Positions 9,126 through 17,898 are shown, numbered from the stretch's first letter. The stretch: DNA of 42,512 bases from a virus (IMGVR_UViG_3300036856_000023:1-42512), one strand, 5' to 3'. The notes: generated from the letters alone by a model not told the origin. A program made the numbers and translations.

Positions 9126-9501
9126 CCCCGGCGACAATCGGGTCCTCGATAGCAACTGAGCCTCACGTCGCCGGGGGCACAACTTCACACGCCACAGTCC
9201 TGTTCGGACGCAAATGAACGAACGGCGTGTGACCCCGGCGTCAAGCGAACCACCGCTAGCAAGATATGTGGCGGCGCCGGGGCACTTCTTTGCACGTCAA
9301 GCACCTGTGCGCAGGCAACAGGGAATCCGGCGTGCCCGGGGCGGCGTCAATGGCTGAGTCGACCGCTAAGAGCACCACGGCGCCGCCCCACCAGACGTAC
9401 GCCAAATGGAGTCCCGGCACGCAAACGGCCGAAACGGCGTATCAAAGGGGCGGCGCCAATCCTGGCCTCGTGTGCACAGTTACGCCCGGCGTCGCCCCTT
9501 T
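9126..9501 (+). repeat. dual-spacer stem-loop array (7 units)
   Basis: Units at about 9126, 9185, 9233, 9292, 9338, 9398 and 9444, each with two CA-N10(11)-CG arms inside a GC stem. Confidence 0.9.
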
Positions 9502-9528
9502 CGATGTGCCAGGCCACTGGCGTAAAAT
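9499..9528 (+). promoter_or_regulatory. conserved promoter/operator motif, copy 5
   Basis: CGATGTGCCAGGCCACTGGCGTAAAAT. Confidence 0.7.
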
Positions 9529-9568
9529 AGTCACCACGGCAAGAAGGCCGTGACGAAATGGAGGAAGC

Positions 9569-10045
9569 ATGACCATCGAAATGGAACGCGATTTCGCCGA
9601 GTTCGAAGAGGAAGTCTCCAACCCCGTCAGTCAGCATCGAGTCAAGTTCGGCTGGCACCCCAGTTATGACCAGAACCAGCTGGAACAGCTCCAGGAAACG
9701 GTGCGCAAGCAGGGTACCGCGCTGGCCGCCCAGTGGGTGAAGGTCAACAACCAGGCGGAGACCATCGGCAAGATACAACGCCAGCTACAGGAGCTGACGG
9801 CCACGGTGGCGCAGCTGACCAAGGCCCCACCTCCAGTACCGGCTAAAGACCAGGAGTCGCGCGACGGCATTGAGCGCCTGACTCGCACGGTGGTGGGGCT
9901 ACAGACCGACATGCGCGAGCGCGAAGGATTTCTGATGGCGAGGCTGGGGTACCGCCCCGGCTTAATGCCGGATTACAGCCACAGCACGTGCTACTGCAGT
10001 CCGACCCGAGACATGATGATGCGTCCTGGCGGCAGGATCTACTGA
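9569..10045 (+). CDS. coiled-coil hypothetical protein
   Basis: GGAGG RBS; heptad-like Q/L-rich helix. Confidence 0.7.
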   Translation: MTIEMERDFAEFEEEVSNPVSQHRVKFGWHPSYDQNQLEQLQETVRKQGTALAAQWVKVNNQAETIGKIQRQLQELTATVAQLTKAPPPVPAKDQESRDGIERLTRTVVGLQTDMREREGFLMARLGYRPGLMPDYSHSTCYCSPTRDMMMRPGGRIY

Positions 10046-10051
10046 TCCCAG

Positions 10052-10195
10052 GCGGGGCGGCGCCAAGGATGGCCGCGAAAGCAAACGTCAGGCTGGCGTC
10101 GCCCCGCTTTAACAGGGTAGTGAGGTGCCAGCGCGCTGGCGTAAAATGGACGTAGCGCCACACCTGCAACCGGGCAGCAATGACAGTTACGGCGC
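10052..10195 (+). repeat. dual-spacer stem-loop units (10052-10107 and 10155-10195) flanking a promoter motif
   Basis: gcggggcggcgc CA aggatggccg CG aaag CA aacgtcaggc TG gcgtcgccccgc; gcgc CA cacctgcaac CG ggcag CA atgacagtta CG gcgc. Confidence 0.8.
10118..10147 (+). promoter_or_regulatory. conserved promoter/operator motif, copy 6
   Basis: TAGTGAGGTGCCAGCGCGCTGGCGTAAAAT. Confidence 0.7.
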
Positions 10196-10212
10196 ATCGA
10201 CATAGAGGCCAC

Positions 10213-10503
10213 ATGATCACCCTGGACCGCCGCGACCGGCAGGACATCCCCCACAGCTTTGCCATGATGGGCACCAAAGATGCGCTGGAAGACATCCTGA
10301 CGTATATGACGCCCATGTTTGTCTACACCGACCATCACGGTACGGAGAAGGTGCGGTGGTCCATCCCGCGCAAGTTGGCCGGGCAGATCTTCAACAACCT
10401 CGACGCCATGACGTGTCAGTGCTGCAACGGGAAGATCGCCAGCGACCAATGGTGCTACCACATTGACACCTGGCTGAACCACGTCAAGTGGGCACTCGAA
10501 TGA
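10213..10503 (+). CDS. hypothetical protein with a possible Zn-binding C-terminus
   Basis: AGAGG RBS; C-x-C...C-x-H motif. Confidence 0.6.
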   Translation: MITLDRRDRQDIPHSFAMMGTKDALEDILTYMTPMFVYTDHHGTEKVRWSIPRKLAGQIFNNLDAMTCQCCNGKIASDQWCYHIDTWLNHVKWALE

Positions 10504-10506
10504 GCT

Positions 10507-11048
10507 GGGGCAACGTCAAATGTGCAGCTGATAGCAACCGCACTGGCGGCGTTGCCCCCCAGACGTGTCACGCGCCAAACTCCTGCTCGGACGCAGATGC
10601 CTCGACGGCGCGTGACACCACACCGGGCGGCAATGCGCGTTACGTGAGCAAAAATGTCTCCGTTGTCCGGCTGTGGGGCGGCGTCAATGGTCCGCATGAC
10701 TGCAACCAAGAGTTTGACGCCGCCCACCAACCGCCAATTAACCCTCCGTGGGCAACACCGGCCGCGGCGTACGGGGCGGCGTCAAGAAATCGCTCGTCGG
10801 CACAGACGCAGATGGCGCCGCCCCACCACAGATGTAAGCCGGAGCGGCGGCTGAAGCTGTACCGTCCATGCGCCAAGGCGCAGCAAAGCAGGGGAGATAG
10901 GGATTCGCATGGTCCTACACTTTGCCCCTGGTCCGCTACCCAGCTTGGACACCAAGGGTGATAGCGCCAGCAATACGTCCTCCGGTGTTTGTGCCCCCGG
11001 CGACAAAGGTTGACTCGTCAGCAAGGCTGATAGCGTCGCCGGGGGCAC
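10507..11048 (+). repeat. dual-spacer stem-loop array (8 units)
   Basis: Units at about 10507, 10565, 10623, 10676, 10732, 10773, 10947 and 10991. Confidence 0.9.
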
Positions 11049-11051
11049 CCC

Positions 11052-11345
11052 GTGAAGGTCGGTGACCGCGTCCAAGAGAAGGGGTCCAATGGCGGCCCCG
11101 GGACGGTCATCAGTATTCGTGACCACCCCACCGCGCAGGTCGTCATTGACGTCCAGTTCGACAACGGGCGGGTCAGCACCTTCTTTCAATACGACGACCT
11201 GTTGCCCCCCTCCATCGCGCGGGTCAGCGTGACCTTTCCTGATGGCACCTATGCCGACTGGGACATCACCAAAGACCAGGCAGACGAGGTGCACTTCGGC
11301 CTGCGGATGGTCTTGGGCCCGCCGTCTTTCTTCCACAAGGATTGA
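11052..11345 (+). CDS. small protein with a possible SH3-like beta-barrel
   Basis: MKVGDRV...GTVISI...VQFDNG pattern. Confidence 0.6.
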   Translation: MKVGDRVQEKGSNGGPGTVISIRDHPTAQVVIDVQFDNGRVSTFFQYDDLLPPSIARVSVTFPDGTYADWDITKDQADEVHFGLRMVLGPPSFFHKD

Positions 11346-11361
11346 TGGCTACGCTCTGCCT

Positions 11362-11595
11362 ATGACGGTGCGCAGTGGACTGGAGGACCTTCTCGTCACG
11401 CTGCTCATCCGGCGCAATGAGGTGTACCAGGACCGCGTCGAGCTGGAAGCCACGCTAGTGCTGGCCGGCGATCCGCGCCACCCCGCGATGGACAACGTCG
11501 AATTTCACCAGCACATGCGGCAGATGCGACAATTGGGACAAGAGATAGCTGACTTGGACCGCGAGATCGACGACATCCGCTACCGGCTGACATGA
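11362..11595 (+). CDS. hypothetical helical protein
   Basis: Protein-like ORF ending just before the terminator. Confidence 0.55.
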   Translation: MTVRSGLEDLLVTLLIRRNEVYQDRVELEATLVLAGDPRHPAMDNVEFHQHMRQMRQLGQEIADLDREIDDIRYRLT

Positions 11596-11596
11596 C

Positions 11597-11624
11597 AAAA
11601 GCCCCAGTCGTAACTGGGGCTTTT
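11597..11624. terminator. bidirectional intrinsic terminator
   Basis: AAAAGCCCCAGT-cgta-ACTGGGGCTTTT between convergent ORFs. Confidence 0.85.
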
Positions 11625-11637
11625 GAGGGGGATGTGC

Positions 11638-11781
11638 TTACGGGGTGGGCTTGTAGTCGGGCGCCTTTTCCGAACGCTCGCCCTCAGCCTGTTCCGGTGA
11701 GTAGTCGTTCTCATGCTGAGGAACAGCACCTGGCACAACGTCAGGAGTCTCCGCAGCCTTGCTCTCTTCCTTGCCGGTCAT
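11638..11781 (-). CDS. small acidic protein (47 aa)
   Basis: Read manually: GGAGG-aaca-ATG, MTGKEESKAAETPDVVPG...DYKPTP*, converging on the terminator. Confidence 0.5.
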   Translation of the reverse strand: MTGKEESKAAETPDVVPGAVPQHENDYSPEQAEGERSEKAPDYKPTP

Positions 11782-11847
11782 TGTTCCTCCATGTGGCTCG
11801 ATTGACCTCCTTAATGTCTACCCACTGCACTGGCCGGTAAACCCTGG

Positions 11848-11877
11848 TACCGATGTGCCAGGCCGGTGGCGTATAAT
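11848..11877 (+). promoter_or_regulatory. conserved promoter/operator motif, copy 7
   Basis: TACCGATGTGCCAGGCCGGTGGCGTATAAT. Confidence 0.8.
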
Positions 11878-11884
11878 AGTGGGA

Positions 11885-12017
11885 TGTCGCGCCAGTTGTC
11901 TCGTCGGAAGCAAGAGCTTGAACGGCGCGGCGGTGTCAATGGTTGTAGCGACAGCAATTCGACCCCCGGCACGGCGCCAAATGTGCTTCCGGTAGCAACG
12001 ACGTGTGCGGCGCCGTG
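11885..12017 (+). repeat. dual-spacer stem-loop cluster (3 units) directly after a promoter
   Basis: Example: cacggcgc CA aatgtgcttc CG gtag CA acgacgtgtg CG gcgccgtg. Confidence 0.85.
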
Positions 12018-12338
12018 ACTGAGCCCTGGGGTCTTAAAGCAGGTGAGTGGATCACCGAGGCGCGCCGCCAGGCGGGCCGCAAAGTCCTCTTCGACGCGGG
12101 CTGGTCCTACGTCCAGGTGACGGGAGAGATGCACCTGGTCGAGGAGGACATCCCTAGAGTTCCCCGTCTGATTGCCGAACTGGTCAGGGGAGATGATCCC
12201 GTCACGTACCACTGGACCACGATTCTCGGCGGAATCCTGCACGACATGTGGGACTGCCGCCATGATCCTGAGACGGGTGAGCTGACCCAGGTCCACGGAC
12301 TCTACTTTCCACCAGGAGGAGCACCCCATGAGGCTTAA
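12015..12338 (+). CDS. hypothetical protein
   Basis: Protein-like ORF; start uncertain. Confidence 0.55.
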   Translation: MTEPWGLKAGEWITEARRQAGRKVLFDAGWSYVQVTGEMHLVEEDIPRVPRLIAELVRGDDPVTYHWTTILGGILHDMWDCRHDPETGELTQVHGLYFPPGGAPHEA

Positions 12339-12618
12339 GGCCCAGAACGAGCGCGGCACCCATGCGTATTACATGGAGCCCTACACCGTCCAGCACTTCA
12401 CCGACTTTATTCGAGACCGGGCACACATGGTGTTCGTCGAAATACCGGGGCTTGTCTGGTACATGCTGCACTCACTGATCAGCGAGAAGCACCGCATGGA
12501 AGAAGCGCGCGCCTATAACCAGCTGATGTTCGGCAACATCCCCACCAGTCAGATCTACGTGCAGGATCACGGCGTCGTGCGCCCCCTGCGCGAGGAGGAG
12601 CGTACGTGGCCGGAATAA
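12328..12618 (+). CDS. hypothetical protein
   Basis: AGGAGGAG RBS; overlaps neighbours. Confidence 0.7.
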   Translation: MRLKAQNERGTHAYYMEPYTVQHFTDFIRDRAHMVFVEIPGLVWYMLHSLISEKHRMEEARAYNQLMFGNIPTSQIYVQDHGVVRPLREEERTWPE

Positions 12619-12830
12619 GCGTTGCGGAGCGATTGGCGTTCAGTGAGAAATGCCTGGACATGCTGGTGTCGTCCCTGCGGGAGGACCTGAGAAGGGGTCC
12701 AATGTCAGGTGATGAATTGGCCGCCATGGTGGAGGAGATGAAGATGGACCTCAGTCAAGAATGGCTGGAAACCGTTCTGTGGATTCTTGCCGTCGCGCAA
12801 TTCCGACTGGCCCAACAGCCACCAGCGTGA
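12606..12830 (+). CDS. hypothetical protein
   Basis: GAGGAGGAG RBS, GTG start. Confidence 0.6.
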   Translation: MAGISVAERLAFSEKCLDMLVSSLREDLRRGPMSGDELAAMVEEMKMDLSQEWLETVLWILAVAQFRLAQQPPA

Positions 12831-12832
12831 CC

Positions 12833-12862
12833 TACTGAGGTGCCAGGCGGGTGGCGTATAAT
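12833..12862 (+). promoter_or_regulatory. conserved promoter/operator motif, copy 8
   Basis: TACTGAGGTGCCAGGCGGGTGGCGTATAAT. Confidence 0.8.
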
Positions 12863-12899
12863 TGCGGTAGCTGGCAGGTGGCCAGCGACAGGAGAGACT

Positions 12900-13139
12900 A
12901 TGAGCACCCATATCGATGTCGACGCGACTGACACCACCATCAAGGTCCACGTCACCGACGACACGGGCCGCGACCAGCGGGCGACCATACCGCGTGTGCC
13001 GCTGACAGGATCGGGGGCATATGTCACGTTTGCCAACGCGCTGGACGTGATGATGTACACCTGGGAGGACCGGCGTGGCGACGAAAGAGGCCAGCCACTC
13101 CTCCCGACCACCAAGTGCTACGCCCGAGCAGACGACTGA
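12900..13139 (+). CDS. hypothetical protein
   Basis: AGGAGAG RBS before MSTHIDVD. Confidence 0.65.
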   Translation: MSTHIDVDATDTTIKVHVTDDTGRDQRATIPRVPLTGSGAYVTFANALDVMMYTWEDRRGDERGQPLLPTTKCYARADD

Positions 13140-13585
13140 TGACTGCCGAAGACCCCGACTACCGGGATGTCGCGGTTGGCGCCTACCAGGGTTACGAGGC
13201 CGAGGCTCTTCCTACGCCGCCCATCACTATCGAGGGCCTTGACCTCTCGGTGCGTGGCTACAACGTCCTCAAGCGCAACGATGTGACCACCGTTGAACAA
13301 CTCACCCGGTGCACTGAGGACCAGCTGCTCGACATGCGCAACATGGGCCAGAAGCCGGTTCAGGAGATCAAAGAAGCTTTGGCCCGCCACGGGCTACACC
13401 TGGCCGGTCCACACCCATGGACTGATGAGGTGGTACACGAGATGGTCAACATCTACCGGTGCGGCAATGTCGAACTGACCATTTCACCGGACGGCACCAC
13501 CCACCTGAACATGGCGCACTACTCGCCGGCGGAGTTCGGGGCGTTGCGCAAGATCATCGCCGACCTCCCAGAGGGGGAGGAATGA
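13139..13585 (+). CDS. RNA polymerase alpha C-terminal-domain-like protein
   Basis: IEGLDLSVRGYNVLKRNDVTTVEQL...LLDMRNMGQKPVQEIKEAL matches the alpha-CTD consensus (LSVRSYNCLKR...IRNFGQKS..EIK). Confidence 0.85.
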   Translation: MTAEDPDYRDVAVGAYQGYEAEALPTPPITIEGLDLSVRGYNVLKRNDVTTVEQLTRCTEDQLLDMRNMGQKPVQEIKEALARHGLHLAGPHPWTDEVVHEMVNIYRCGNVELTISPDGTTHLNMAHYSPAEFGALRKIIADLPEGEE

Positions 13586-14016
13586 AAGAACTCGAGCGGG
13601 TACTGACAGAATTCAAAACCTCGGCCATTGATGGTCGTGATGCCGCGCGGTTGGCCAAGTTCGTCCCTGAAGCCGACCTGCCGCGCATCGACGTCACGCT
13701 GAAGCCTGAGTACGTCGGCCAGCATAAAGCCCAGGAGTGGACACGCGAGAACGTCCTGACACAGTTGCGCAAGGATGTGGAGTTCGGCTTTGAGAAGGCG
13801 CTGAACTGCCGCGGCATCTCGTCGTCGCTGATGTTCGAGGTGGTCAGGATGTGGAACGACATCCTGCAAGAGGGTTTGGAGACCTGGGACGAGAACGAGT
13901 ATGCGAACTACGGTCTGCCGCTGTTCAAGGCCACGGCCCTTAAGTACGGCTTCCCCAACCCCATCGGCGACGACACCGGTGATGAGGACAAGTACGAGGA
14001 AGAGACCTACGCATGA
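13582..14016 (+). CDS. hypothetical phage protein
   Basis: GGAGG RBS, ATGA overlap, globular composition. Confidence 0.75.
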   Translation: MKELERVLTEFKTSAIDGRDAARLAKFVPEADLPRIDVTLKPEYVGQHKAQEWTRENVLTQLRKDVEFGFEKALNCRGISSSLMFEVVRMWNDILQEGLETWDENEYANYGLPLFKATALKYGFPNPIGDDTGDEDKYEEETYA

Positions 14017-14229
14017 CGGGCGGCGTCAAAAATCAGCGCGCTGGCGAAATAACCACCGGCGTCGCCCGCATTAACGTGGCACGCCGATGTGAACACCGTC
14101 AGCAAGGTTCTACGCGGCGGGTCAGGGGCGGCGCCAATTCGCAAACCGACACAGCAAGTGCGCTAGCGGCGCCGCCCCGCCCCGGCGACAAGGGTGTAAC
14201 CGACCGCAAGGAGCCACGTGTCGCCGGGG
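14017..14229 (+). repeat. dual-spacer stem-loop cluster (4 units)
   Basis: Units at about 14017, 14077, 14125 and 14180; starts right after the TGA of the upstream gene. Confidence 0.85.
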
Positions 14230-14370
14230 TCGCGTCGTGAATCCCGACACCTACACCGGCCAAGAGGTCGCCAACGCCTACCAGCAGGGCTTCCGAGAGG
14301 GTGTGGAAGCGGCGTGCAGAGAGCACGGACTCCCCATGCCCACGTGGCCCTGCGATGAGGACGAGCAGTA

Positions 14371-14532
14371 ATGCCCTGGGTCAACCGCCGCAAGCACCGC
14401 GCCTTCCTCAAGAAGGTGTGGTTGTCGGGCTACCGGGCGGGCAGGGTGCAGTACCACCTCTATGGCCCTGGAGCAGGGATTGACGAGGACGTCCAGGAGT
14501 ACTTGAAATTCGACAACGATCTGTCATGGTGA
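14371..14532 (+). CDS. small hypothetical protein (53 aa)
   Basis: Read manually: GAGGA RBS, MPWVNRRKHRAFLKKVWLSGY...DLSW*. Confidence 0.45.
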   Translation: MPWVNRRKHRAFLKKVWLSGYRAGRVQYHLYGPGAGIDEDVQEYLKFDNDLSW

Positions 14533-14556
14533 CGTCGCAATGCGAAGGGTTCAACT

Positions 14557-15045
14557 GTGAAGGACGACCAGTTCAAAGACATCCCGGAGCACATCCGCGA
14601 GAAACTGCCGCCTGAGTTGAGCGATGCCGGCGGGGGGAAGTCAGCGATGGCGGTGAACTCCGAGATGGTGGATGCCTGCCACGGGGCGCGCGATTATGTT
14701 GCCGGGGTGGTGGAGAAAGCCCGCGCACTGGCGCAAAACATCAAGGACAACGGCGCGAGCTTTGATGAGGCGTGGGCCGGTTTCATCTCCCTGACGCACG
14801 CCGTGGGACCCATCGACAAAGAATCTGCACCGGTGTTGTTGGCCTACGTCCTAACCGAGGAAGTATGGGCCAAGTCGGCTTTGCATGAGGGTCAGCAGGT
14901 CAAGATCATCAATCCTAACTTGTACCGCAGTGGCCAGGTCGGCAGGCTGACCCAAATCAGCCAGCCGGGTGTGCAGTACTGGGTCAAGTTCGGCAACGAA
15001 GCCGATGACCACTGCTTCAACGAGAAGGACCTGGAGGGCCAATGA
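14557..15045 (+). CDS. hypothetical protein with a possible C-terminal SH3-like domain
   Basis: GQQVKI...GQVGRL...YWVKFG...F-x-x-x-DL pattern. Confidence 0.65.
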   Translation: MKDDQFKDIPEHIREKLPPELSDAGGGKSAMAVNSEMVDACHGARDYVAGVVEKARALAQNIKDNGASFDEAWAGFISLTHAVGPIDKESAPVLLAYVLTEEVWAKSALHEGQQVKIINPNLYRSGQVGRLTQISQPGVQYWVKFGNEADDHCFNEKDLEGQ

Positions 15046-15245
15046 CCACACCGCAATACCTTCTCCTGTCAGCGATCCTCTGTTTTGTTGTCGGCAGCGT
15101 GTGCTGCCTGCAGACGGTCAAGAGCGGGTTTGCCTCCGGTCACGGCAGCACCACCCTGTGGAGCTTCCTGACATTTACGTTCGGCTTCGGGATGGTCGGC
15201 AGCATCATCGCGCTGGCGTTCATCGGACTAGGGCATGTCCATTGA
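15042..15245 (+). CDS. small two-TM membrane protein
   Basis: GGAGG RBS, ATGA overlap, two hydrophobic helices. Confidence 0.65.
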   Translation: MTTPQYLLLSAILCFVVGSVCCLQTVKSGFASGHGSTTLWSFLTFTFGFGMVGSIIALAFIGLGHVH

Positions 15246-15251
15246 GTTGTC

Positions 15252-15350
15252 ACACGCCAACTGGAGCTTCGACAGCAAAACGCAGCACGGCGTGTACAGG
15301 GGCGGCGTCAATGCAAGGCCCGGCAGCAACGGAGCCAACGGCGCCGCCCC
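15252..15350 (+). repeat. dual-spacer stem-loop cluster (2 units)
   Basis: acacgc CA actggagctt CG acag CA aaacgcagca CG gcgtgt; ggggcggcgt CA atgcaaggcc CG gcag CA acggagccaa CG gcgccgcccc. Confidence 0.9.
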
Positions 15351-15360
15351 ACACCAACGC

Positions 15361-15390
15361 TACCGATGTGCCAGCGTGGTGGCGTATAAT
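15361..15390 (+). promoter_or_regulatory. conserved promoter/operator motif, copy 9
   Basis: TACCGATGTGCCAGCGTGGTGGCGTATAAT. Confidence 0.8.
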
Positions 15391-15431
15391 TAGGGGGTGG
15401 CTGGCAGCGGGTCGGCCACAGGGAGGTAGCG

Positions 15432-15806
15432 GTGAGAATCGTTGCTGGGGTGGTGGTGATGCTGGGGGTGACACTTGCGCCACCGGCGCACGCGAAGCCG
15501 CCGCACGACACGGTCGGCGGCGGCACGTTCAACATCAACAGCGAGAGTGTGTGTACCGGGTTCCAAGTCAGCCTCCGACAATATGAAGCCTGCCGGGGCT
15601 ACACAGTGAACGTCGTCAATGAAGGCAGTTACATCACCGTGCCGCTGTTGGCGCACAGCTGGGTGTCGTGTGACACCTTCATGCCTGATGGCCAGCCTTT
15701 TGACCACGACACACTGAGCGCCACCGAAGTCCCAGAGCACCAGGCATTCTGGGCCTCCCACGGGTGGGGTCCGTATAACCCGCAGGCGATATGTCAGCTC
15801 TGGTAA
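15432..15806 (+). CDS. secreted protein
   Basis: GGGAGG RBS; signal peptide ending APPAHA; four Cys. Confidence 0.7.
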   Translation: MRIVAGVVVMLGVTLAPPAHAKPPHDTVGGGTFNINSESVCTGFQVSLRQYEACRGYTVNVVNEGSYITVPLLAHSWVSCDTFMPDGQPFDHDTLSATEVPEHQAFWASHGWGPYNPQAICQLW

Positions 15807-16326
15807 GCGCGCCAACGCCTGATTCGACGGCACAGGACCGTACGGCGCGCGGGGCGGCGTCTAAACAATCGCCGAGAGCACGAACTAGAGCGGCGTCGCC
15901 CACACTCAACACGCCAAACGATGCATCGACAGCAAGAAACACAACGGCGTGCCGTGGGGCGGTGTCAATGCCAGGCCCGAAAGCACCAACTCAAGCGGCA
16001 TCGCTCCGGGGGCTCTACACGTCAAATCTGCATCCGGCAGCAAAATGAAACGCGACGTGTGGTGGGGCGGCGTCAACACCCGGTACGCCAGCATGGAATC
16101 CCCCGACGTCGCCCCACCACCCCGGCTCAATGGGCTACGTGGGAGCAATGATGAGTCCGCGCCGGGGCACCAACGTCCGCCAAACCTCGACCCGACAACA
16201 AGAGCTGTACCGGCGGACGGGGGCGGCGCCAATGTTGCACACGGCGCGCAAGATAAAGCTCGGCGCTGCCCCACAGAGCCCGGCGACAAGGATCGCGACG
16301 ATGTCAAAAAACAGGCCGTCGCCGGG
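15807..16326 (+). repeat. dual-spacer stem-loop array (10 units)
   Basis: Units at about 15807, 15852, 15910, 15956, 16015, 16063, 16120, 16174, 16220 and 16279, all with two 10-nt arms. Confidence 0.92.
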
Positions 16327-16338
16327 GCAACCAAAAAG

Positions 16339-16620
16339 ATGCCCGTGAAACTGACGATCAACGGCGTGTACATCCCAGCAACGGAGTTCGCCTACGACGG
16401 CTGTCACAAGATCTACCTCATCAACACACTGCAGGAACGCGCCAAGATGGTCGCCTTCGGCTATGGCGAGGACGAAGGTGACTCTGCCATCCTGCCCATT
16501 GCTGAACTGCCGCGTATCTGGGACGAGTCCTGCGGCCTGAAGTTCATCAGCGCCGCCGACTTGAACACACAGTACGTCGCGCAGTTTGATCCCGAACCAA
16601 CTATCACAGTGGAGGCATGA
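16339..16620 (+). CDS. hypothetical phage protein
   Basis: FAYDGCHKIYLI...WDESCGLKFI; start placed after the array. Confidence 0.65.
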   Translation: MPVKLTINGVYIPATEFAYDGCHKIYLINTLQERAKMVAFGYGEDEGDSAILPIAELPRIWDESCGLKFISAADLNTQYVAQFDPEPTITVEA

Positions 16621-16931
16621 TGGCACCCGAACGATGGTGGAGCAGAACCAAACCCGCCACGCCGCGCAGACCGCGGCCCGGGCACGTGGTGCAGCAGACG
16701 AGCGCAGGAGCAAACTCAGTGATCATGCAGTCTGGCGGCAGCATCAGTTCCCTCAAGGTCAACGGCCTGGACATCTCCGTCGCTGATGGCGTGGCGTTAT
16801 TCAAACTCCCCGGCTACGAGAAGTCCCGAAAATGCGAACACCAGACGGTACACCGCGACCCGCTGGTCCAGCTCAAGGTAGATGCCGCCACGGGGAAGCT
16901 CATCGGCGTCATCATCGACCAGGGGAAGTGA
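16617..16931 (+). CDS. hypothetical protein
   Basis: GGAGG RBS, ATGA overlap. Confidence 0.55.
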   Translation: MMAPERWWSRTKPATPRRPRPGHVVQQTSAGANSVIMQSGGSISSLKVNGLDISVADGVALFKLPGYEKSRKCEHQTVHRDPLVQLKVDAATGKLIGVIIDQGK

Positions 16932-16937
16932 AGGACT

Positions 16938-17222
16938 ATGGCGGCGTCAAACCCAATTGTGCCCGGCAAGAACACGACCGGCGCCGCCTCATCACCTGAT
17001 GAGAAGACGTTGACCGTCTGGACGGTGTACTGCAACCCTCACGACTACCCACGCAAGTGGGTACTGCGGGGCTTCGACATAGGGCCAGGGTGGACGCGAC
17101 CGCATACCGAGTGTGTGGTGGTGGAAACGCTGGAGAAGGTCCGCGCCGCGCTACCACCTGGGCTGACCCGACTGCCCCGCAACCATGACGACGACTCGGC
17201 GATCTATGAAACCTGGATCTGA
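16938..17222 (+). CDS. hypothetical protein
   Basis: WTVY-x-x-P-x-DYP...LPPGL...E-T-W pattern; the 5' end overlaps a stem-loop unit, so the start is uncertain. Confidence 0.65.
   Translation: MAASNPIVPGKNTTGAASSPDEKTLTVWTVYCNPHDYPRKWVLRGFDIGPGWTRPHTECVVVETLEKVRAALPPGLTRLPRNHDDDSAIYETWI
16940..16988 (+). repeat. dual-spacer stem-loop unit (1 unit)
   Basis: ggcggcgt CA aacccaattg TG cccgg CA agaacacgac CG gcgccgcc. Confidence 0.8.
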
Positions 17223-17223
17223 T

Positions 17224-17324
17224 GCACGCCAGTGGGGCAACCGGTAGCAAAACGCGCAGCGGCGTGCCGTGGGGCGGCGTCAATAGCGGTGGCGGTAGCA
17301 ATTGCTCACGCGACGCCGCCCCAC
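17224..17324 (+). repeat. dual-spacer stem-loop cluster (2 units)
   Basis: gcacgc CA gtggggcaac CG gtag CA aaacgcgcag CG gcgtgc plus a second unit at 17269. Confidence 0.9.
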
Positions 17325-17340
17325 ACCAGAAAGGAGCCTC

Positions 17341-17508
17341 ATGCCCTACGGTGATCCACAGCCTGCGCTCCATGTGTCATGCCGGGCCTGTCGCGGGTCC
17401 AACGTCCAGGTGGAAGTCTGGGAGAGCAGTGATGGAGCGTTCGAGGACTACCACTTCACCTGCACCGAGTGCGGCCACAACTGGTGGATTGATGGCCCCG
17501 ATTCCTAG
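17341..17508 (+). CDS. small zinc-ribbon protein
   Basis: AAAGGAG RBS; CRAC...CTECGHNW. Confidence 0.7.
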   Translation: MPYGDPQPALHVSCRACRGSNVQVEVWESSDGAFEDYHFTCTECGHNWWIDGPDS

Positions 17509-17651
17509 CACGCCAAGGTTCCGGATGACAGCAAAGAAAATGATGGCGTGCGGCGTCAAACGTACAGGCGATGGCAAAACCCAAACCGGCGCCCCGGCCC
17601 CCGGCGACAAACTCTCCCTCGTTAGCACTATGAGGTACGTCGCCGGGGGCT
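17508..17651 (+). repeat. dual-spacer stem-loop cluster (3 units)
   Basis: Units at 17508, 17552 and 17596, stem types CACGC, GGCGT and CCCCGGCGA in that order. Confidence 0.9.
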
Positions 17652-17898
17652 ACCTCGGGCACTGATCGTCACTGACATACATCGGCACTGTCATGTCGGC
17701 GGCGATGATCGCGTGCAGTCGGTTCCATGAACTGAGCAGGCGACCGTTGCGCAGCACAATCGGCATCTCCATCAACTGCCAGGTACCGTCGCGCATCATC
17801 GTGGAGTAGCGGCGGACGCGACCTGTATCAGGGGTGATCGGCGCGATGGTGGCGAGCCACTGGCGCGCCATATCGGGTGTGATGTCCACCAGGCGCAT
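17650..17898 (-). CDS. short ParB-like N-terminal domain protein, related to 7694-8641
   Basis: DITPDMARQWL...VRRY-x-x-x-MRDG-x-W...PI...G-x-LL-x-x-x-NRL-x-AII. Confidence 0.55.
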   Translation of the reverse strand: MRLVDITPDMARQWLATIAPITPDTGRVRRYSTMMRDGTWQLMEMPIVLRNGRLLSSWNRLHAIIAADMTVPMYVSDDQCPR

